Assembly: GCF_050920415.1 (NCBI RefSeq)
Contig: NZ_CP169309.1
DNA length: 64,000 nt
DNA from: Escherichia coli
GTDB taxonomy: Bacteria > Pseudomonadota > Gammaproteobacteria > Enterobacterales > Enterobacteriaceae
Reading direction: 5' to 3' (one strand)
Under the pieces are notes generated by a model that was not told where the DNA came from, searched no databases, and worked only from the letters and a program-made list of their open reading frames with translations. The position numbers were made by a program, and so were the translations under genes. Of the stretch, positions 37,421-50,538 are shown one piece after another (within the stretch, counting starts at the first letter, position 1; every line of letters begins with the position of its first letter).

Positions 37421-38203
37421 ATGAAGAAGTCGATTCTCGCTCTGTCTTTGTTAGTCGGGATTTCCGCAGCAGCTTCCAGCTACGCGGCGCTGCCGGAGAC
37501 GGTACGTATCGGAACGGATACCACCTATGCACCGTTCTCATCGAAAGATGCCAAAGGTGACTTTGTTGGCTTTGATATCGATCTCGGTAACGAGATGTGC
37601 AAACGGATGCAGGTGAAATGTACCTGGGTTGCCAGTGACTTTGACGCGCTGATCCCCTCACTGAAAGCGAAAAAGATCGACGCCATTATTTCGTCGCTCT
37701 CCATTACGGATAAACGTCAGCAGGAGATTGCCTTCTCCGACAAACTGTACGCCGCAGACTCTCGTCTGATTGCTGCCAAAGGTTCACCGATTCAGCCAAC
37801 GCTGGATTCACTGAAAGGTAAACATGTTGGTGTGCTGCAGGGATCAACCCAGGAAGCGTATGCCAATGATAACTGGCGCAGTAAGGGTGTCGATGTGGTG
37901 GCCTATGCTAACCAGGATTTGGTCTATTCCGATCTGGCTGCAGGACGCCTGGATGCCGCTCTGCAAGATGAGGTTGCTGCCAGCGAAGGTTTCCTCAAGC
38001 AACCTGCCGGTAAAGATTTCGCTTTTGCAGGCCCTTCAGTGAAAGACAAAAAATACTTCGGTGACGGCACCGGTGTCGGGCTACGTAAAGATGATGCTGA
38101 ACTGACGGCTGCGTTTAATAAGGCGCTTGGCGAGCTGCGTCAGGACGGCACCTACGACAAGATGGCGAAAAAGTATTTCGACTTTAATGTCTACGGTGAC
38201 TGA
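37421..38203 (+). CDS. argT: Lysine/arginine/ornithine periplasmic binding protein ArgT
   Basis: 260-aa translation with signal peptide, matching ArgT. Confidence 0.95.
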   Translation: MKKSILALSLLVGISAAASSYAALPETVRIGTDTTYAPFSSKDAKGDFVGFDIDLGNEMCKRMQVKCTWVASDFDALIPSLKAKKIDAIISSLSITDKRQQEIAFSDKLYAADSRLIAAKGSPIQPTLDSLKGKHVGVLQGSTQEAYANDNWRSKGVDVVAYANQDLVYSDLAAGRLDAALQDEVAASEGFLKQPAGKDFAFAGPSVKDKKYFGDGTGVGLRKDDAELTAAFNKALGELRQDGTYDKMAKKYFDFNVYGD

Positions 38204-38258
38204 TACGTCGCAGGGAAGCTGTACCTGATGGAATGATCATGGTGCACGCCAGGTTTGT

Positions 38259-38275
38259 TGCACTATCGTGGTGCA
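38259..38275. promoter_or_regulatory. Putative NtrC binding site upstream of hisJ
   Basis: TGCACTA-tcg-TGGTGCA matches the NtrC consensus TGCACCA-N3-TGGTGCA with one mismatch; about 150 bp upstream of hisJ. Confidence 0.45.
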
Positions 38276-38420
38276 TTAAAATGCATACTTAAGCATTTTT
38301 AATGAAAAATAATACGTCTAACGGGGCGGGATATTTTGCCTTGATGGTCAATTTTATGGCACGATAAGTGTAACAAACCTGTAAATATTCCCTATAAAAA
38401 GACTGTCAGTTGAGGACATT

Positions 38421-39203
38421 ATGAAAAAACTGGTGCTATCGCTCTCTCTGGTTCTGGCCTTCTCCAGCGCAACGGCGGCGTTTGCTGCGATTCCGCAAAA
38501 CATCCGCATCGGTACCGATCCGACCTATGCGCCATTTGAATCAAAAAATTCACAAGGTGAACTGGTTGGCTTCGATATCGATCTGGCAAAGGAGTTGTGC
38601 AAACGCATCAATACGCAATGTACGTTTGTCGAAAACCCACTGGATGCGTTAATCCCGTCCTTAAAAGCGAAGAAGATTGACGCCATCATGTCATCGCTTT
38701 CCATTACGGAAAAACGTCAGCAAGAAATTGCCTTCACCGACAAACTGTACGCTGCCGATTCTCGTCTGGTAGTGGCGAAAAATTCCGACATTCAGCCGAC
38801 AGTCGAGTCGCTGAAAGGCAAGCGCGTAGGCGTATTGCAGGGCACCACCCAGGAGACGTTCGGTAACGAACACTGGGCACCAAAAGGCATTGAAATCGTC
38901 TCTTATCAGGGGCAGGACAACATTTATTCTGACCTGACTGCCGGACGTATTGATGCCGCATTCCAGGATGAGGTCGCCGCCAGCGAAGGTTTCCTCAAAC
39001 AACCCGTTGGTAAAGATTACAAATTCGGTGGCCCGTCTGTTAAAGATGAAAAACTGTTTGGCGTAGGGACCGGCATGGGTCTGCGTAAAGAAGATAACGA
39101 ATTGCGCGAGGCACTGAACAAAGCCTTTGCCGAAATGCGCGCTGACGGTACTTACGAGAAATTAGCGAAAAAGTACTTCGATTTTGATGTTTATGGTGGT
39201 TAA
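38421..39203 (+). CDS. hisJ: Histidine periplasmic binding protein HisJ
   Basis: 260-aa translation matching HisJ; paralog of ArgT. Confidence 0.95.
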   Translation: MKKLVLSLSLVLAFSSATAAFAAIPQNIRIGTDPTYAPFESKNSQGELVGFDIDLAKELCKRINTQCTFVENPLDALIPSLKAKKIDAIMSSLSITEKRQQEIAFTDKLYAADSRLVVAKNSDIQPTVESLKGKRVGVLQGTTQETFGNEHWAPKGIEIVSYQGQDNIYSDLTAGRIDAAFQDEVAASEGFLKQPVGKDYKFGGPSVKDEKLFGVGTGMGLRKEDNELREALNKAFAEMRADGTYEKLAKKYFDFDVYGG

Positions 39204-39227
39204 TCGCCATCGGTGAAAGAAAGCCCG

Positions 39228-39251
39228 CTCCCTTCGGGTAACCGGAGGGAG
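39228..39251 (+). other. Intercistronic stem-loop between hisJ and hisQ
   Basis: ctcccttcgg-gtaa-ccggagggag, a 10-bp stem with one mismatch and no U-tract; could act as a partial terminator or mRNA stabilizer. Confidence 0.5.
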
Positions 39252-39292
39252 ACAAGAGGCGGTAATTCACCACACACGACAGGACAGGCAGC

Positions 39293-39979
39293 ATGTTGTA
39301 TGGGTTTTCAGGTGTTATTTTACAGGGTGCGCTCGTCACGCTGGAGCTGGCTATCAGCTCTGTAGTGCTCGCTGTAATCATTGGTTTAATTGGCGCTGGC
39401 GGTAAGCTCTCGCAAAATCGGTTTTCGGGGCTCATTTTTGAAGGGTATACCACGCTGATTCGTGGCGTGCCGGATTTAGTGTTGATGCTGCTGATTTTCT
39501 ACGGTTTGCAGATTGCACTAAACACGGTGACGGAGGCGATGGGCGTCGGGCAGATTGATATTGATCCGATGGTCGCAGGTATTATCACTCTCGGTTTTAT
39601 CTACGGTGCTTACTTCACCGAAACGTTCCGTGGCGCGTTTATGGCAGTGCCGAAAGGGCATATAGAGGCGGCGACGGCGTTCGGTTTTACTCGTGGGCAA
39701 GTGTTTCGGCGGATTATGTTTCCGGCGATGATGCGTTACGCTCTGCCAGGCATCGGCAACAACTGGCAGGTGATCCTCAAATCTACCGCTCTGGTTTCGT
39801 TACTCGGCCTGGAAGATGTGGTCAAAGCCACGCAACTGGCAGGCAAAAGTACATGGGAACCGTTCTATTTCGCCATCGTCTGTGGCGTGATTTACCTGGT
39901 TTTCACCACCGTTTCCAATGGTGTGCTGCTGTTCCTTGAGCGCCGCTACTCCGTGGGTGTGAAGAGGGCTGACCTGTGA
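39293..39979 (+). CDS. hisQ: Histidine/LAO ABC transporter permease HisQ
   Basis: 228-aa permease matching HisQ. Confidence 0.94.
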   Translation: MLYGFSGVILQGALVTLELAISSVVLAVIIGLIGAGGKLSQNRFSGLIFEGYTTLIRGVPDLVLMLLIFYGLQIALNTVTEAMGVGQIDIDPMVAGIITLGFIYGAYFTETFRGAFMAVPKGHIEAATAFGFTRGQVFRRIMFPAMMRYALPGIGNNWQVILKSTALVSLLGLEDVVKATQLAGKSTWEPFYFAIVCGVIYLVFTTVSNGVLLFLERRYSVGVKRADL

Positions 39980-40692
39980 TCGAAATCTTACATGAATACT
40001 GGAAACCGCTGTTGTGGACCGACGGTTATCGCTTTACCGGTGTGGCGATTACCCTTTGGTTGCTGATTTTGTCGGTTGTGATAGGTGGAGTTCTGGCGCT
40101 GTTTCTGGCGATTGGTCGCGTCTCCAGCAATAAATACATCCAGTTTCCAATCTGGTTATTTACTTATATTTTTCGCGGTACACCGCTGTATGTTCAATTG
40201 CTGGTGTTCTATTCCGGCATGTACACGCTGGAGATTGTTAAGGGTACCGAGTTCCTTAACGCCTTTTTCCGCAGTGGCCTGAATTGTACTGTGCTGGCGC
40301 TGACGCTTAACACCTGTGCTTACACCACCGAGATTTTTGCCGGAGCAATCCGTTCGGTACCGCACGGAGAAATTGAAGCCGCCAGAGCCTATGGCTTTTC
40401 GACCTTTAAAATGTATCGCTGCATTATTTTGCCTTCAGCGCTGCGTATTGCGTTACCGGCCTACAGCAATGAAGTAATCCTGATGCTGCACTCTACTGCT
40501 CTGGCGTTTACGGCCACGGTGCCGGATCTGCTGAAAATAGCCCGTGATATTAACGCCGCCACGTATCAACCTTTTACCGCTTTCGGTATCGCCGCGGTGC
40601 TCTATTTAATCATCTCTTATGTCCTGATCAGTCTGTTCCGCAAAGCGGAAAAACGCTGGTTGCAGCATGTGAAACCTTCTTCAACGCACTGA
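39976..40692 (+). CDS. hisM: Histidine/LAO ABC transporter permease HisM
   Basis: 238-aa permease matching HisM; ATGA overlap with hisQ. Confidence 0.94.
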   Translation: MIEILHEYWKPLLWTDGYRFTGVAITLWLLILSVVIGGVLALFLAIGRVSSNKYIQFPIWLFTYIFRGTPLYVQLLVFYSGMYTLEIVKGTEFLNAFFRSGLNCTVLALTLNTCAYTTEIFAGAIRSVPHGEIEAARAYGFSTFKMYRCIILPSALRIALPAYSNEVILMLHSTALAFTATVPDLLKIARDINAATYQPFTAFGIAAVLYLIISYVLISLFRKAEKRWLQHVKPSSTH

Positions 40693-40699
40693 GAATACG

Positions 40700-41473
40700 A
40701 TGTCCGAGAATAAATTAAACGTTATCGATTTGCACAAACGCTACGGCGAACACGAAGTGCTGAAAGGGGTCTCACTGCAAGCGAATGCCGGTGATGTCAT
40801 AAGTATCATCGGATCGTCGGGATCGGGGAAAAGTACCTTTCTGCGCTGCATTAACTTCCTCGAAAAACCGAGCGAAGGATCGATCGTCGTTAACGGCCAG
40901 ACGATCAATCTGGTGCGCGATAAAGACGGTCAACTCAAAGTCGCCGATAAAAATCAGCTGCGCTTACTGCGCACACGCCTGACGATGGTATTCCAGCACT
41001 TCAATCTCTGGAGCCATATGACGGTGCTGGAAAACGTCATGGAAGCGCCGATTCAGGTGTTAGGCCTGAGCAAGCAGGAAGCGCGCGAGCGGGCGGTGAA
41101 GTATCTGGCGAAAGTCGGGATAGACGAACGTGCGCAGGGGAAATACCCGGTGCATCTGTCCGGTGGTCAGCAACAGCGTGTTTCCATCGCGCGGGCGCTG
41201 GCGATGGAACCGGAAGTTTTACTGTTTGATGAACCTACCTCGGCGCTCGATCCTGAACTGGTAGGCGAAGTGCTGCGGATTATGCAGCAACTGGCAGAAG
41301 AGGGAAAAACCATGGTGGTGGTGACTCACGAAATGGGCTTTGCTCGCCATGTTTCTACTCACGTCATTTTTCTCCATCAGGGGAAAATAGAGGAAGAGGG
41401 CGCGCCGGAGCAGTTATTTGGCAACCCGCAAAGCCCTCGTCTGCAACAGTTCCTTAAGGGATCGCTGAAATAA
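40700..41473 (+). CDS. hisP: Histidine/LAO ABC transporter ATP-binding protein HisP
   Basis: 257-aa ABC ATPase with Walker A (GSSGSGKST) and signature (LSGGQQQR) motifs. Confidence 0.96.
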   Translation: MSENKLNVIDLHKRYGEHEVLKGVSLQANAGDVISIIGSSGSGKSTFLRCINFLEKPSEGSIVVNGQTINLVRDKDGQLKVADKNQLRLLRTRLTMVFQHFNLWSHMTVLENVMEAPIQVLGLSKQEARERAVKYLAKVGIDERAQGKYPVHLSGGQQQRVSIARALAMEPEVLLFDEPTSALDPELVGEVLRIMQQLAEEGKTMVVVTHEMGFARHVSTHVIFLHQGKIEEEGAPEQLFGNPQSPRLQQFLKGSLK

Positions 41474-41479
41474 TTCCCT

Positions 41480-41510
41480 CTCCGGTGGCTAACGCTGCCG
41501 GAGTATTTCA
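41480..41510 (+). terminator. Possible weak terminator after hisP
   Basis: ctccgg-12 nt-ccggag stem followed by TATTTCAT. Confidence 0.35.
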
Positions 41511-41668
41511 TGGGGAATTTGCGAGTCCGCTTCCGCTGAAATGTAAAAGTTGCAGTCCGCTAAAAATACTTCTGAATTCGCTCTCCAAAGATAAAAACTG
41601 CCTGCTGCATTGGGTGTAAATCGTGGTTATTGTCGCGTCATCTTAAATTTGAGGGGTGACGGAACGCC

Positions 41669-42559
41669 ATGACAATATCGACAACTTCCACGCCGCATGA
41701 TGCGGTATTTAAATCTTTTTTACGCCATCCAGACACCGCGCGGGATTTTATTGATATTCATCTTCCCGCGCCGCTGCGCAAACTGTGTGATTTAACGACG
41801 CTCAAACTGGAACCAAACAGTTTTATTGATGAAGACCTGCGGCAATATTATTCCGACCTCTTGTGGTCTGTGAAAACGCAGGAGGGAGCGGGTTATATTT
41901 ATGTGGTGATAGAGCACCAAAGTAAGCCGGAGGAATTAATGGCTTTTCGCATGATGCGCTATTCCATCGCGGCGATGCAAAACCATCTGGATGCAGGCTA
42001 TAAAGAGCTTCCATTGGTGATCCCCATGCTATTTTATCATGGTTGCAGTAGCCCTTATCCTTATTCACTCTGCTGGCTTGATGAATTTGCCGAGCCTGCG
42101 ATAGCCCGCAAAATATATTCATCAGCATTTCCGCTGGTGGATATTACCGTGGTGCCGGATGACGAGATTATGCAACATCGCAAAATGGCGCTGTTGGAGT
42201 TAATTCAGAAACATATTCGTCAGCGCGATCTGTTGGGATTAGTCGACCAAATTGTTTCGCTGCTAGTTACAGGGAACACTAATGACAGACAGCTAAAAGC
42301 CCTGTTTAATTACGTATTACAAACGGGAGATGCCCAGCGTTTCCGTGCATTTATTGGTGAGATAACAGAACGCGCACCACAAGAAAAGGAGAAACTGATG
42401 ACCATTGCTGACAGATTACGTGAAGAAGGCGCAATGCAGGGCAAACACGAAGAAGCTCTGCGTATTGCTCAGGAGATGCTGGAAAAAGGATTTGACCACG
42501 AAGTCATCCTGACGCTGACCCGACTTTCACCAGACGACCTTATCGCGCAAAGCCACTAA
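41669..42559 (+). CDS. rpnB: Recombination-promoting nuclease RpnB (YfcI), PD-(D/E)XK family
   Basis: 296-aa translation matching YfcI/RpnB from memory. Confidence 0.88.
   Translation: MTISTTSTPHDAVFKSFLRHPDTARDFIDIHLPAPLRKLCDLTTLKLEPNSFIDEDLRQYYSDLLWSVKTQEGAGYIYVVIEHQSKPEELMAFRMMRYSIAAMQNHLDAGYKELPLVIPMLFYHGCSSPYPYSLCWLDEFAEPAIARKIYSSAFPLVDITVVPDDEIMQHRKMALLELIQKHIRQRDLLGLVDQIVSLLVTGNTNDRQLKALFNYVLQTGDAQRFRAFIGEITERAPQEKEKLMTIADRLREEGAMQGKHEEALRIAQEMLEKGFDHEVILTLTRLSPDDLIAQSH
42398..42559 (+). CDS. Candidate nested small protein (53 aa) from an internal in-frame start within rpnB
   Basis: AAGGAG at 42386..42391 sits 6 nt upstream of in-frame ATG 42398 (codon 244 of rpnB); product [53 protein letters not shown] shares the rpnB stop. 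Confidence 0.45.
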   Translation: MTIADRLREEGAMQGKHEEALRIAQEMLEKGFDHEVILTLTRLSPDDLIAQSH

Positions 42560-42606
42560 TCCTGTAACACCGGGAATTAACTGGCGGATGTTTGCAGTAC
42601 ACCACA

Positions 42607-43500
42607 TCAGTGAACAACATCCGCCAGCGCCTCTTCTAAATCGTACCAGCGAAACGCAAAACCCGCTTCTTCCAGCCGTTTAGGCAATGCTCGTTGTCCA
42701 CCTAATACCAGTACTGAAGATTCGCCCATTAACAGTCGAATAGCGGTCGCGGGGACGCGCAAAATGGCCGGGCGATGCAGCGCATGACCGAGCGCATGGG
42801 CAAATTGTTCATTGCGTACCGGGTAGGGCGAAACCATATTAAACGGCCCGCGCAGCTCGTTATCCAGCAGCCAGAGAATACCGTTGACCATATCATCGAT
42901 ATGAATCCAGGCCAGATACTGCCGACCGGAGCCAATCGGCCCGCCCAGGCCAAGACGAAACGGCGGCAGCATTTTACCGAGGATCCCGCCGTCCGGTGCC
43001 AGCACCACGCCGGTACGCAGCAGGCACACACGTGTTTTGTCGCTTTGCGCCCGACAGGCAATCTCTTCCCAACGAGCGCAGAGTTTATGGGTAAATTCGT
43101 TATGCGGCGGTTCCTCTTCAGTAACCACCACTTCACCTAAGTCGCCATAATAGCCCGTTGCCGAACCGGAAATGAGTACCGACGGCGGCGTGTCGCTGGC
43201 ATTAATTAGATCGACCAGTTTTTGCGTGATATTCCAGCGGCTTTGGCAGAGACGATCTTTTTGCTCGTGAGTCCAGCGTTTATCGGCAATCGGTTCTCCA
43301 GCCAGGTTGATTACCGCATCAACGCCATTGAGGTTGCTTTGATCTGCAAGCCCTTGCCATAGTGTCACCCGGGGGCCGAGAACGGAACTGGCTTTCTGCG
43401 GGTTACGTGTCACTACCGTGATTTGATGGCCCAGCTCCAGCAAACGTGGAATCAAATGGCGACCAATTAATCCCGTCCCTCCGGTGATCACTATGTTCAT
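42607..43500 (-). CDS. yfcH: NAD-dependent epimerase/dehydratase family protein YfcH
   Basis: 297-aa translation with N-terminal Rossmann motif ([10 protein letters not shown]). Confidence 0.9.
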   Translation of the reverse strand: MNIVITGGTGLIGRHLIPRLLELGHQITVVTRNPQKASSVLGPRVTLWQGLADQSNLNGVDAVINLAGEPIADKRWTHEQKDRLCQSRWNITQKLVDLINASDTPPSVLISGSATGYYGDLGEVVVTEEEPPHNEFTHKLCARWEEIACRAQSDKTRVCLLRTGVVLAPDGGILGKMLPPFRLGLGGPIGSGRQYLAWIHIDDMVNGILWLLDNELRGPFNMVSPYPVRNEQFAHALGHALHRPAILRVPATAIRLLMGESSVLVLGGQRALPKRLEEAGFAFRWYDLEEALADVVH

Positions 43501-43520
43501 GCAGCCTCCCGATATGGCGG

Positions 43521-43883
43521 TTAACGCTGCCAGCTTAAGGTCATGGATACCGAATCAGCGTAGCGCAGCGCGTGCAGTTTATCGATCTCTACTTCAGCAT
43601 ACGTTACCCAGTGATGTTCACGTGCGATATCGAGCACATCCTGAGTTAATTTCTCCAGCAAAGAGAAACGGTTATTCTCTACGTGCTGAATAATGTTTTT
43701 CGTTACGGTGCGATAATTCAGCGCATCGTTGATATCTTCGCTGGTGCGCGCTTTATCGGCGGGGTAGTGGATCGTCACGTTGATAACTATATCCTGACGG
43801 TTGTTAATTTCTTCTTCCTTAATTCCGATAAACGTACGTAAACGAAGGTTCTTTATACGAATAATAGCGGCAGGTTGTGCCAT
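43521..43883 (-). CDS. folX: Dihydroneopterin triphosphate 2-prime epimerase FolX
   Basis: 120-aa translation matching FolX. Confidence 0.92.
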
Positions 43884-43939
43884 TGCAGGTTCTCCGTTGT
43901 TTTACTTAGGATTAAATAATACACGAGAACCTGTTTCTG

Positions 43940-45419
<1,480 letters not shown>

Positions 45420-45422
45420 TGA

Positions 45423-45977
45423 GTGATGAAACTGATGTTTGCATCGGACATTCATGGGTCGTTACCGGCGACGGAACGTGTTCTGGAGTTGTTTGCCCAA
45501 AGCGGTGCCCAGTGGCTGGTGATCCTTGGTGACGTGTTGAATCACGGCCCGCGTAATGCTTTACCGGAGGGTTACGCGCCAGCCAAAGTCGCCGAACGGC
45601 TTAATGACGTGGCACATAAAGTTATCGCTGTGCGCGGCAACTGCGACAGCGAAGTGGACCAAATGCTGCTGCATTTCCCGATAACCGCGCCGTGGCAACA
45701 GGTATTACTGGAAAAACAACGTCTGTTTTTGACGCATGGTCATCTATTTGGTCCGGAAAATCTGCCCGCTTTAAACCAGAACGATGTGCTGGTGTACGGT
45801 CATACCCATTTGCCAGTGGCAGAACAGCGGGGGGAGATATTCCACTTCAACCCCGGCTCGGTGAGTATTCCGAAAGGCGGTAATCCGGCGAGTTATGGCA
45901 TGCTGGATAATGACGTACTGAGTGTAATCGCACTCAATGATCAAAGTATCATTGCGCAGGTCGCGATTAATCCGTAA
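45423..45977 (+). CDS. yfcE: Mn-dependent phosphodiesterase YfcE (metallophosphoesterase)
   Basis: 184-aa translation with calcineurin-like motifs (ASDIHGS, GDVLNHGPRN, GHTH); track start is GTG 45423, with an ATG at 45426. Confidence 0.9.
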   Translation: MMKLMFASDIHGSLPATERVLELFAQSGAQWLVILGDVLNHGPRNALPEGYAPAKVAERLNDVAHKVIAVRGNCDSEVDQMLLHFPITAPWQQVLLEKQRLFLTHGHLFGPENLPALNQNDVLVYGHTHLPVAEQRGEIFHFNPGSVSIPKGGNPASYGMLDNDVLSVIALNDQSIIAQVAINP

Positions 45978-46034
45978 TTTACCCACAACTCAAAATGCGC
46001 CGTAAGAGCGCCAGAAAAAGAAGGTTTCCTGATA

Positions 46035-46577
46035 ATGGAACAGCGTCGTTTGGCAAGTACTGAATGGGTGGATATTGTCAATGAAGAGAATGAAGTCATT
46101 GCACAAGCCAGCCGGGAACAAATGCGGGCACAGTGTCTGCGTCATCGTGCAACTTACATCGTCGTGCATGATGGCATGGGCAAAATTCTGGTCCAGCGTC
46201 GTACCGAGACAAAAGACTTTTTACCCGGCATGTTAGATGCGACCGCAGGCGGTGTGGTCCAGGCCGATGAGCAACTGCTGGAGTCAGCGCGTCGCGAAGC
46301 GGAAGAAGAGTTGGGCATTGCCGGTGTCCCCTTTGCCGAGCACGGGCAGTTCTATTTCGAAGATAAAAATTGCCGTGTCTGGGGCGCGTTGTTCAGTTGT
46401 GTCTCGCACGGTCCCTTCGCCCTACAGGAAGATGAAGTCAGTGAAGTTTGCTGGCTGACGCCGGAAGAAATCACCGCACGCTGCGATGAGTTCACTCCAG
46501 ACTCGCTGAAAGCGCTGGCGTTGTGGATGAAGCGCAATGCCAAAAATGAAGCCGTAGAGACTGAAACGGCAGAATGA
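46035..46577 (+). CDS. yfcD: Nudix hydrolase YfcD
   Basis: 180-aa translation with a Nudix box ([23 protein letters not shown]). Confidence 0.9.
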
Positions 46578-46581
46578 AAAA

Positions 46582-46601
46582 AGAGCCGCAATTGCGGCTC
46601 T
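46582..46601. terminator. Bidirectional intrinsic terminator between convergent yfcD and yfcC
   Basis: agagccgc-aatt-gcggctct perfect hairpin; flanked by an A-run upstream on the plus strand (a U-tract for the minus-strand yfcC transcript) and TAACATTTTTA downstream. Confidence 0.75.
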
Positions 46602-46609
46602 TAACATTT

Positions 46610-48130
46610 TTAGTGGTAGCCCATCAACTGAGCACCGATAACCACGACGCTGGACATAATAAACAGCAGTCCAAGCAGTGTCGCGCCCACCTTCAGCCAG
46701 TTACGGAAGTCCACCCGGCACACACCGAGCGTCGCCATTAACGAAGCTGAGGTCGGGTAAATGATGTGACTGAAGCCATCACCAAACTGGAACGCCAGCA
46801 CGGTAACCTGACGGTTAACACCGACCAGATCGCCAAGCGGTGCCAGTAACGGCATGGTTAACGCCGCCTGACCAGAACCGGATGTCACGAAGAAATTAAA
46901 TACCGCCTGGAATAGCAACATAAACCAGGCTGCAACTGCGTTATCCAGACCGCTAATGGCATTGGCAATGCTGTTTAGAATGGTATTTAACACACTGGCA
47001 TCACCCGCTTCACCGTTACCGACCAGCAACAAAATCCCTTTGGCGAAACCCACCAGTAGGGCAGGGGCGATCATCATTCGCGCCCCTTCGGTGAAGGATG
47101 AAGCCATGGTATTAACCGTCATACCGTTTAGGCGGAAAACAACGCCGATGATGCCAATTACTAGCCCCATCGTGAAGAACTGGCTGGCTATTTCTGGAAT
47201 AAACCAGGCATTGACGATAACGCCCCAAATTACCCAGATCATGACGGCGGTTAAAACAATCAATACCAGCCAGTCACCAAAGGTAAATGGACGCTGTTCT
47301 ACATCCGCCTGTTTTTCGCGGAAGAAACGATCAGACTCATGAACGCGTGACAACAGCGGATTCTTTTTCACCCGCGAGGCGTACACCATAGTGAAGACCA
47401 GACCAATCAGAGTAGAGATTACCCATACCACGATGCGCAAACCGGAGCCAGAAAGCACCGGAACACCAGCGATCCCCTGAGCAACAACCACACAAAACGG
47501 GTTCATCCACGAACTGGCAAAACCGATTTGCGTGGCGATATAAGTCACCAGGACGGTGGTAATACTGTCATAGCCCAGCCGGACCATTAGCGGTGCGATG
47601 ATAATGGCAAAGGCGACGGCCTCTTCCCCCATACCAAATACCGCGCCGCCAAGTGAAAAGAGAATAAACAAGGCAGGGATAAAGAGAATTTCATTCCCGC
47701 GTGTATGCCGAATAAGTGCCAGGATGCCGTTATCAATGGTTCCTGTACGCATCACGATGCCAAACGCGCCGCCAATCACCAGCATAAACATGATGATGCC
47801 AACGGCTGTCCCGTATTTCGATCCTGAGGTTAATCCTTCAAACGGGAAATTCATCAGGCCCGGGCGTTCATCGCCCGTCGAGAACAGTTGCACGCGGTGA
47901 TACTCAGGTTCGCCCGCCTCGTTAGTCAGAATGCGAAATGAGTGCGGATCTACGACTTTGCGTGTTTTTGTTTGACCATCAACCTGATACTGCACTTCCT
48001 GACTGTCAAACATCCCCACCGGAACTACCCAGGTGGCAAGGCTGGTTAAAATAGCAACAAAAAAGATAATCACCAGCGTATCGGGCATTGCCCATCTTCT
48101 GGTTGGTTTGGATTCAGTGATTGCGGACAT
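46610..48130 (-). CDS. yfcC: Putative inner membrane transporter YfcC
   Basis: Track ORF 46610..48151 trimmed to MSAITESKPTRR (506 aa); polytopic membrane protein. Start choice is uncertain. Confidence 0.88.
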   Translation of the reverse strand: MSAITESKPTRRWAMPDTLVIIFFVAILTSLATWVVPVGMFDSQEVQYQVDGQTKTRKVVDPHSFRILTNEAGEPEYHRVQLFSTGDERPGLMNFPFEGLTSGSKYGTAVGIIMFMLVIGGAFGIVMRTGTIDNGILALIRHTRGNEILFIPALFILFSLGGAVFGMGEEAVAFAIIIAPLMVRLGYDSITTVLVTYIATQIGFASSWMNPFCVVVAQGIAGVPVLSGSGLRIVVWVISTLIGLVFTMVYASRVKKNPLLSRVHESDRFFREKQADVEQRPFTFGDWLVLIVLTAVMIWVIWGVIVNAWFIPEIASQFFTMGLVIGIIGVVFRLNGMTVNTMASSFTEGARMMIAPALLVGFAKGILLLVGNGEAGDASVLNTILNSIANAISGLDNAVAAWFMLLFQAVFNFFVTSGSGQAALTMPLLAPLGDLVGVNRQVTVLAFQFGDGFSHIIYPTSASLMATLGVCRVDFRNWLKVGATLLGLLFIMSSVVVIGAQLMGYH

Positions 48131-48319
48131 AGCGCAGATATTCCCTTGCACAAAACAAAGTGGTAAGTATGCAAAGTGAGATGGCGCAATTCATTGATGC
48201 AGCGCAGTTAAGCAAGATAATCAGAAAGGATTAATGCAAATTAAGAGAATAAAAAACCGGAAATAGTGACTATTTCCGGTTCAGGTATCCGCAGCGCAAA
48301 GCTGCGGATGATGACGAGA

Positions 48320-50464
48320 TTACTGCTGCTGTGCAGACTGAATCGCAGTCAGCGCGATGGTGTAGACGATATCGTCAACCAGTGCGCCACGGGACAGATC
48401 GTTAACCGGCTTGCGCATACCCTGCAGCATCGGCCCGATGGAGATCAGATCGGCAGAACGTTGTACCGCTTTGTAAGTCGTGTTACCGGTGTTCAGATCC
48501 GGGAAGATGAACACGGTAGCGCGACCAGCAACCGGAGAATTCGGCGCTTTGGATTTCGCAACGTCAGCCATTACCGCAGCGTCGTACTGCAGCGGACCGT
48601 CGATCATCAGGTCAGGACGTTTTTCCTGCGCCAGACGAGTTGCTTCGCGAACTTTCTCTACGTCGCTACCTGCACCAGAAGTACCGGTGGAGTAGGAGAG
48701 CATTGCAACGCGCGGTTCGATACCGAAGGCAGCGGCGGAATCAGCGGACTGAATCGCGATTTCTGCCAGCTGTTCTGCGGTCGGATCCGGGTTGATCGCA
48801 CAGTCACCGTAAACGTAAACCTGTTCCGGCAGCAGCATGAAGAACACGGAAGATACCAGGGAGCTACCCGGTGCAGTTTTGATCAGCTGCAGCGGCGGAC
48901 GAATGGTGTTTGCGGTGGTGTGAACAGCACCGGAAACCAGACCGTCAACTTCATCCTGTTCCAGCATCAGCGTACCGAGAACCACGTTGTCTTCCAGCTG
49001 TTCGCGGGCAACGGTTTCGGTCATGCCTTTGTTCTTACGCAGTTCAACCAGGCGGCCAACATAGCTTTCGCGAACCACTTCTGGATCGACAATTTCAATG
49101 CCAGCACCCAGTTCTACGCCCTGAGATGCTGCAACGCGGTTGATCTCAGCCGGGTTACCCAGCAGTACGCAAGTTGCGATACCACGTTCAGCACAGATAG
49201 CGGCTGCTTTAACGGTACGCGGTTCGTCGCCTTCCGGCAGCACGATACGTTTGCCCGCTTTGCGCGCCAGTTCGGTCAGCTGATAACGGAAGGCTGGCGG
49301 AGACAGACGACGGCTGCGCTCAGAGGTGGCAGTCAGAGAGTCAATCCAGTCAGCGTTGATGTAGTTAGCAACGTATTCCTGAACTTTCTCGATACGCTCG
49401 TGATCGTCAACCGGAACTTCGAGGTTGAAGCTCTGCAGGCTCAGAGAAGTCTGCCAGGTGTTAGTGTTCACCATAAATACCGGCAGGCCGGTAGCGAAAG
49501 CGCGCTCGCACAGTTTGGAAATGCGCGCGTCCATTTCGTAGCCGCCAGTCAGCAGCAGGGCACCGATTTCTACGCCGTTCATGGCAGCCAGGCAAGCTGC
49601 AACCAGTACGTCAGGACGGTCTGCGGAAGTTACCAGCAGAGAACCGGCACGGAAGTGCTCCAGCATGTGCGGAATGCTGCGTGCGCAGAAAGTGACAGAT
49701 TTCACGCGACGAGTGTTGATATCGCCTTCGTTGATGATGGTGGCGTTCAGGTGGCGAGCCATATCGATCGCACGGGTCGCGATCAGATCAAAGCTCCACG
49801 GCACCGCGCCGAGAACCGGCAGCGGGCTGGATTCTTGCAGCTTCGCCGGATCAACATTGTTTACTTTTGCTTTGGAAGAGTCGTCGAAAATCTCGGACAG
49901 ATCCGGGCGAGTACGACCCTGTTCATCAACCGGTGCGTTCAGTTTGTTAACGATAACGCCAGTGATGTTGGTGTTTTTTGCACCACCGAAGCTGTTGCGA
50001 GTCAGTTCGATACGCTCTTTCAGCTGTTCCGGGGTGTCAGTGCCCTGAGACATAACGAAGACGATTTCCGCGTTCAGCGTTTTAGCAATTTCGTAGTTCA
50101 GAGACTGGGCAAACTGATGCTTACGTGTCGGGACCAGACCTTCAACCAGAACGACTTCAGCGTCTTTGGTGTTAGCGTGGTAGTTCGCGACGATCTCTTC
50201 CATCAGCACATCTTTCTGATTGCTGGAAAGCAGACCTTCAACGTAGCTCATTTTCAGCGGTTCAGCGGCTGTCGTGGTGGAAGAGTTCGCACGCACGATA
50301 GTCGTGGTCTGATCGGGCGCATCGCCACCGGTACGCGGCTGAGCGATAGGTTTGAAAACGCTCAGACGAACGCCTTTGCGTTCCATTGCACGGATCACGC
50401 CAAGGCTGACGCTGGTCAGACCGACGCTGGTTCCGGTAGGGATCAGCATAATAATACGGGACAC
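48320..50464 (-). CDS. pta: Phosphate acetyltransferase Pta
   Basis: 714-aa translation matching Pta. Confidence 0.97.
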   Translation of the reverse strand: MSRIIMLIPTGTSVGLTSVSLGVIRAMERKGVRLSVFKPIAQPRTGGDAPDQTTTIVRANSSTTTAAEPLKMSYVEGLLSSNQKDVLMEEIVANYHANTKDAEVVLVEGLVPTRKHQFAQSLNYEIAKTLNAEIVFVMSQGTDTPEQLKERIELTRNSFGGAKNTNITGVIVNKLNAPVDEQGRTRPDLSEIFDDSSKAKVNNVDPAKLQESSPLPVLGAVPWSFDLIATRAIDMARHLNATIINEGDINTRRVKSVTFCARSIPHMLEHFRAGSLLVTSADRPDVLVAACLAAMNGVEIGALLLTGGYEMDARISKLCERAFATGLPVFMVNTNTWQTSLSLQSFNLEVPVDDHERIEKVQEYVANYINADWIDSLTATSERSRRLSPPAFRYQLTELARKAGKRIVLPEGDEPRTVKAAAICAERGIATCVLLGNPAEINRVAASQGVELGAGIEIVDPEVVRESYVGRLVELRKNKGMTETVAREQLEDNVVLGTLMLEQDEVDGLVSGAVHTTANTIRPPLQLIKTAPGSSLVSSVFFMLLPEQVYVYGDCAINPDPTAEQLAEIAIQSADSAAAFGIEPRVAMLSYSTGTSGAGSDVEKVREATRLAQEKRPDLMIDGPLQYDAAVMADVAKSKAPNSPVAGRATVFIFPDLNTGNTTYKAVQRSADLISIGPMLQGMRKPVNDLSRGALVDDIVYTIALTAIQSAQQQ

Positions 50465-50538
50465 GGTTTATCCTCTTTCGTTACCGCCGGTTTGGCGGGT
50501 TACAAAACAGCACCGCCAGCTGAGCTGGCGGTGTGGAA

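Noticed and set aside
38341-38372. Possible sigma-54 promoter TGGCAC-gataa-GTGTA upstream of hisJ
   Set aside because: The -12 element lacks the conserved GC dinucleotide, so it does not fit the GG-N10-GC rule; only the NtrC-like palindrome further upstream is reported.
41669-42559. rpnB as a mobile element, since its family is annotated as transposase-like
   Set aside because: There are no terminal inverted repeats, target-site duplications or adjacent integrase; Rpn proteins are chromosomal PD-(D/E)XK nucleases rather than autonomous transposons, so it is called as a CDS.
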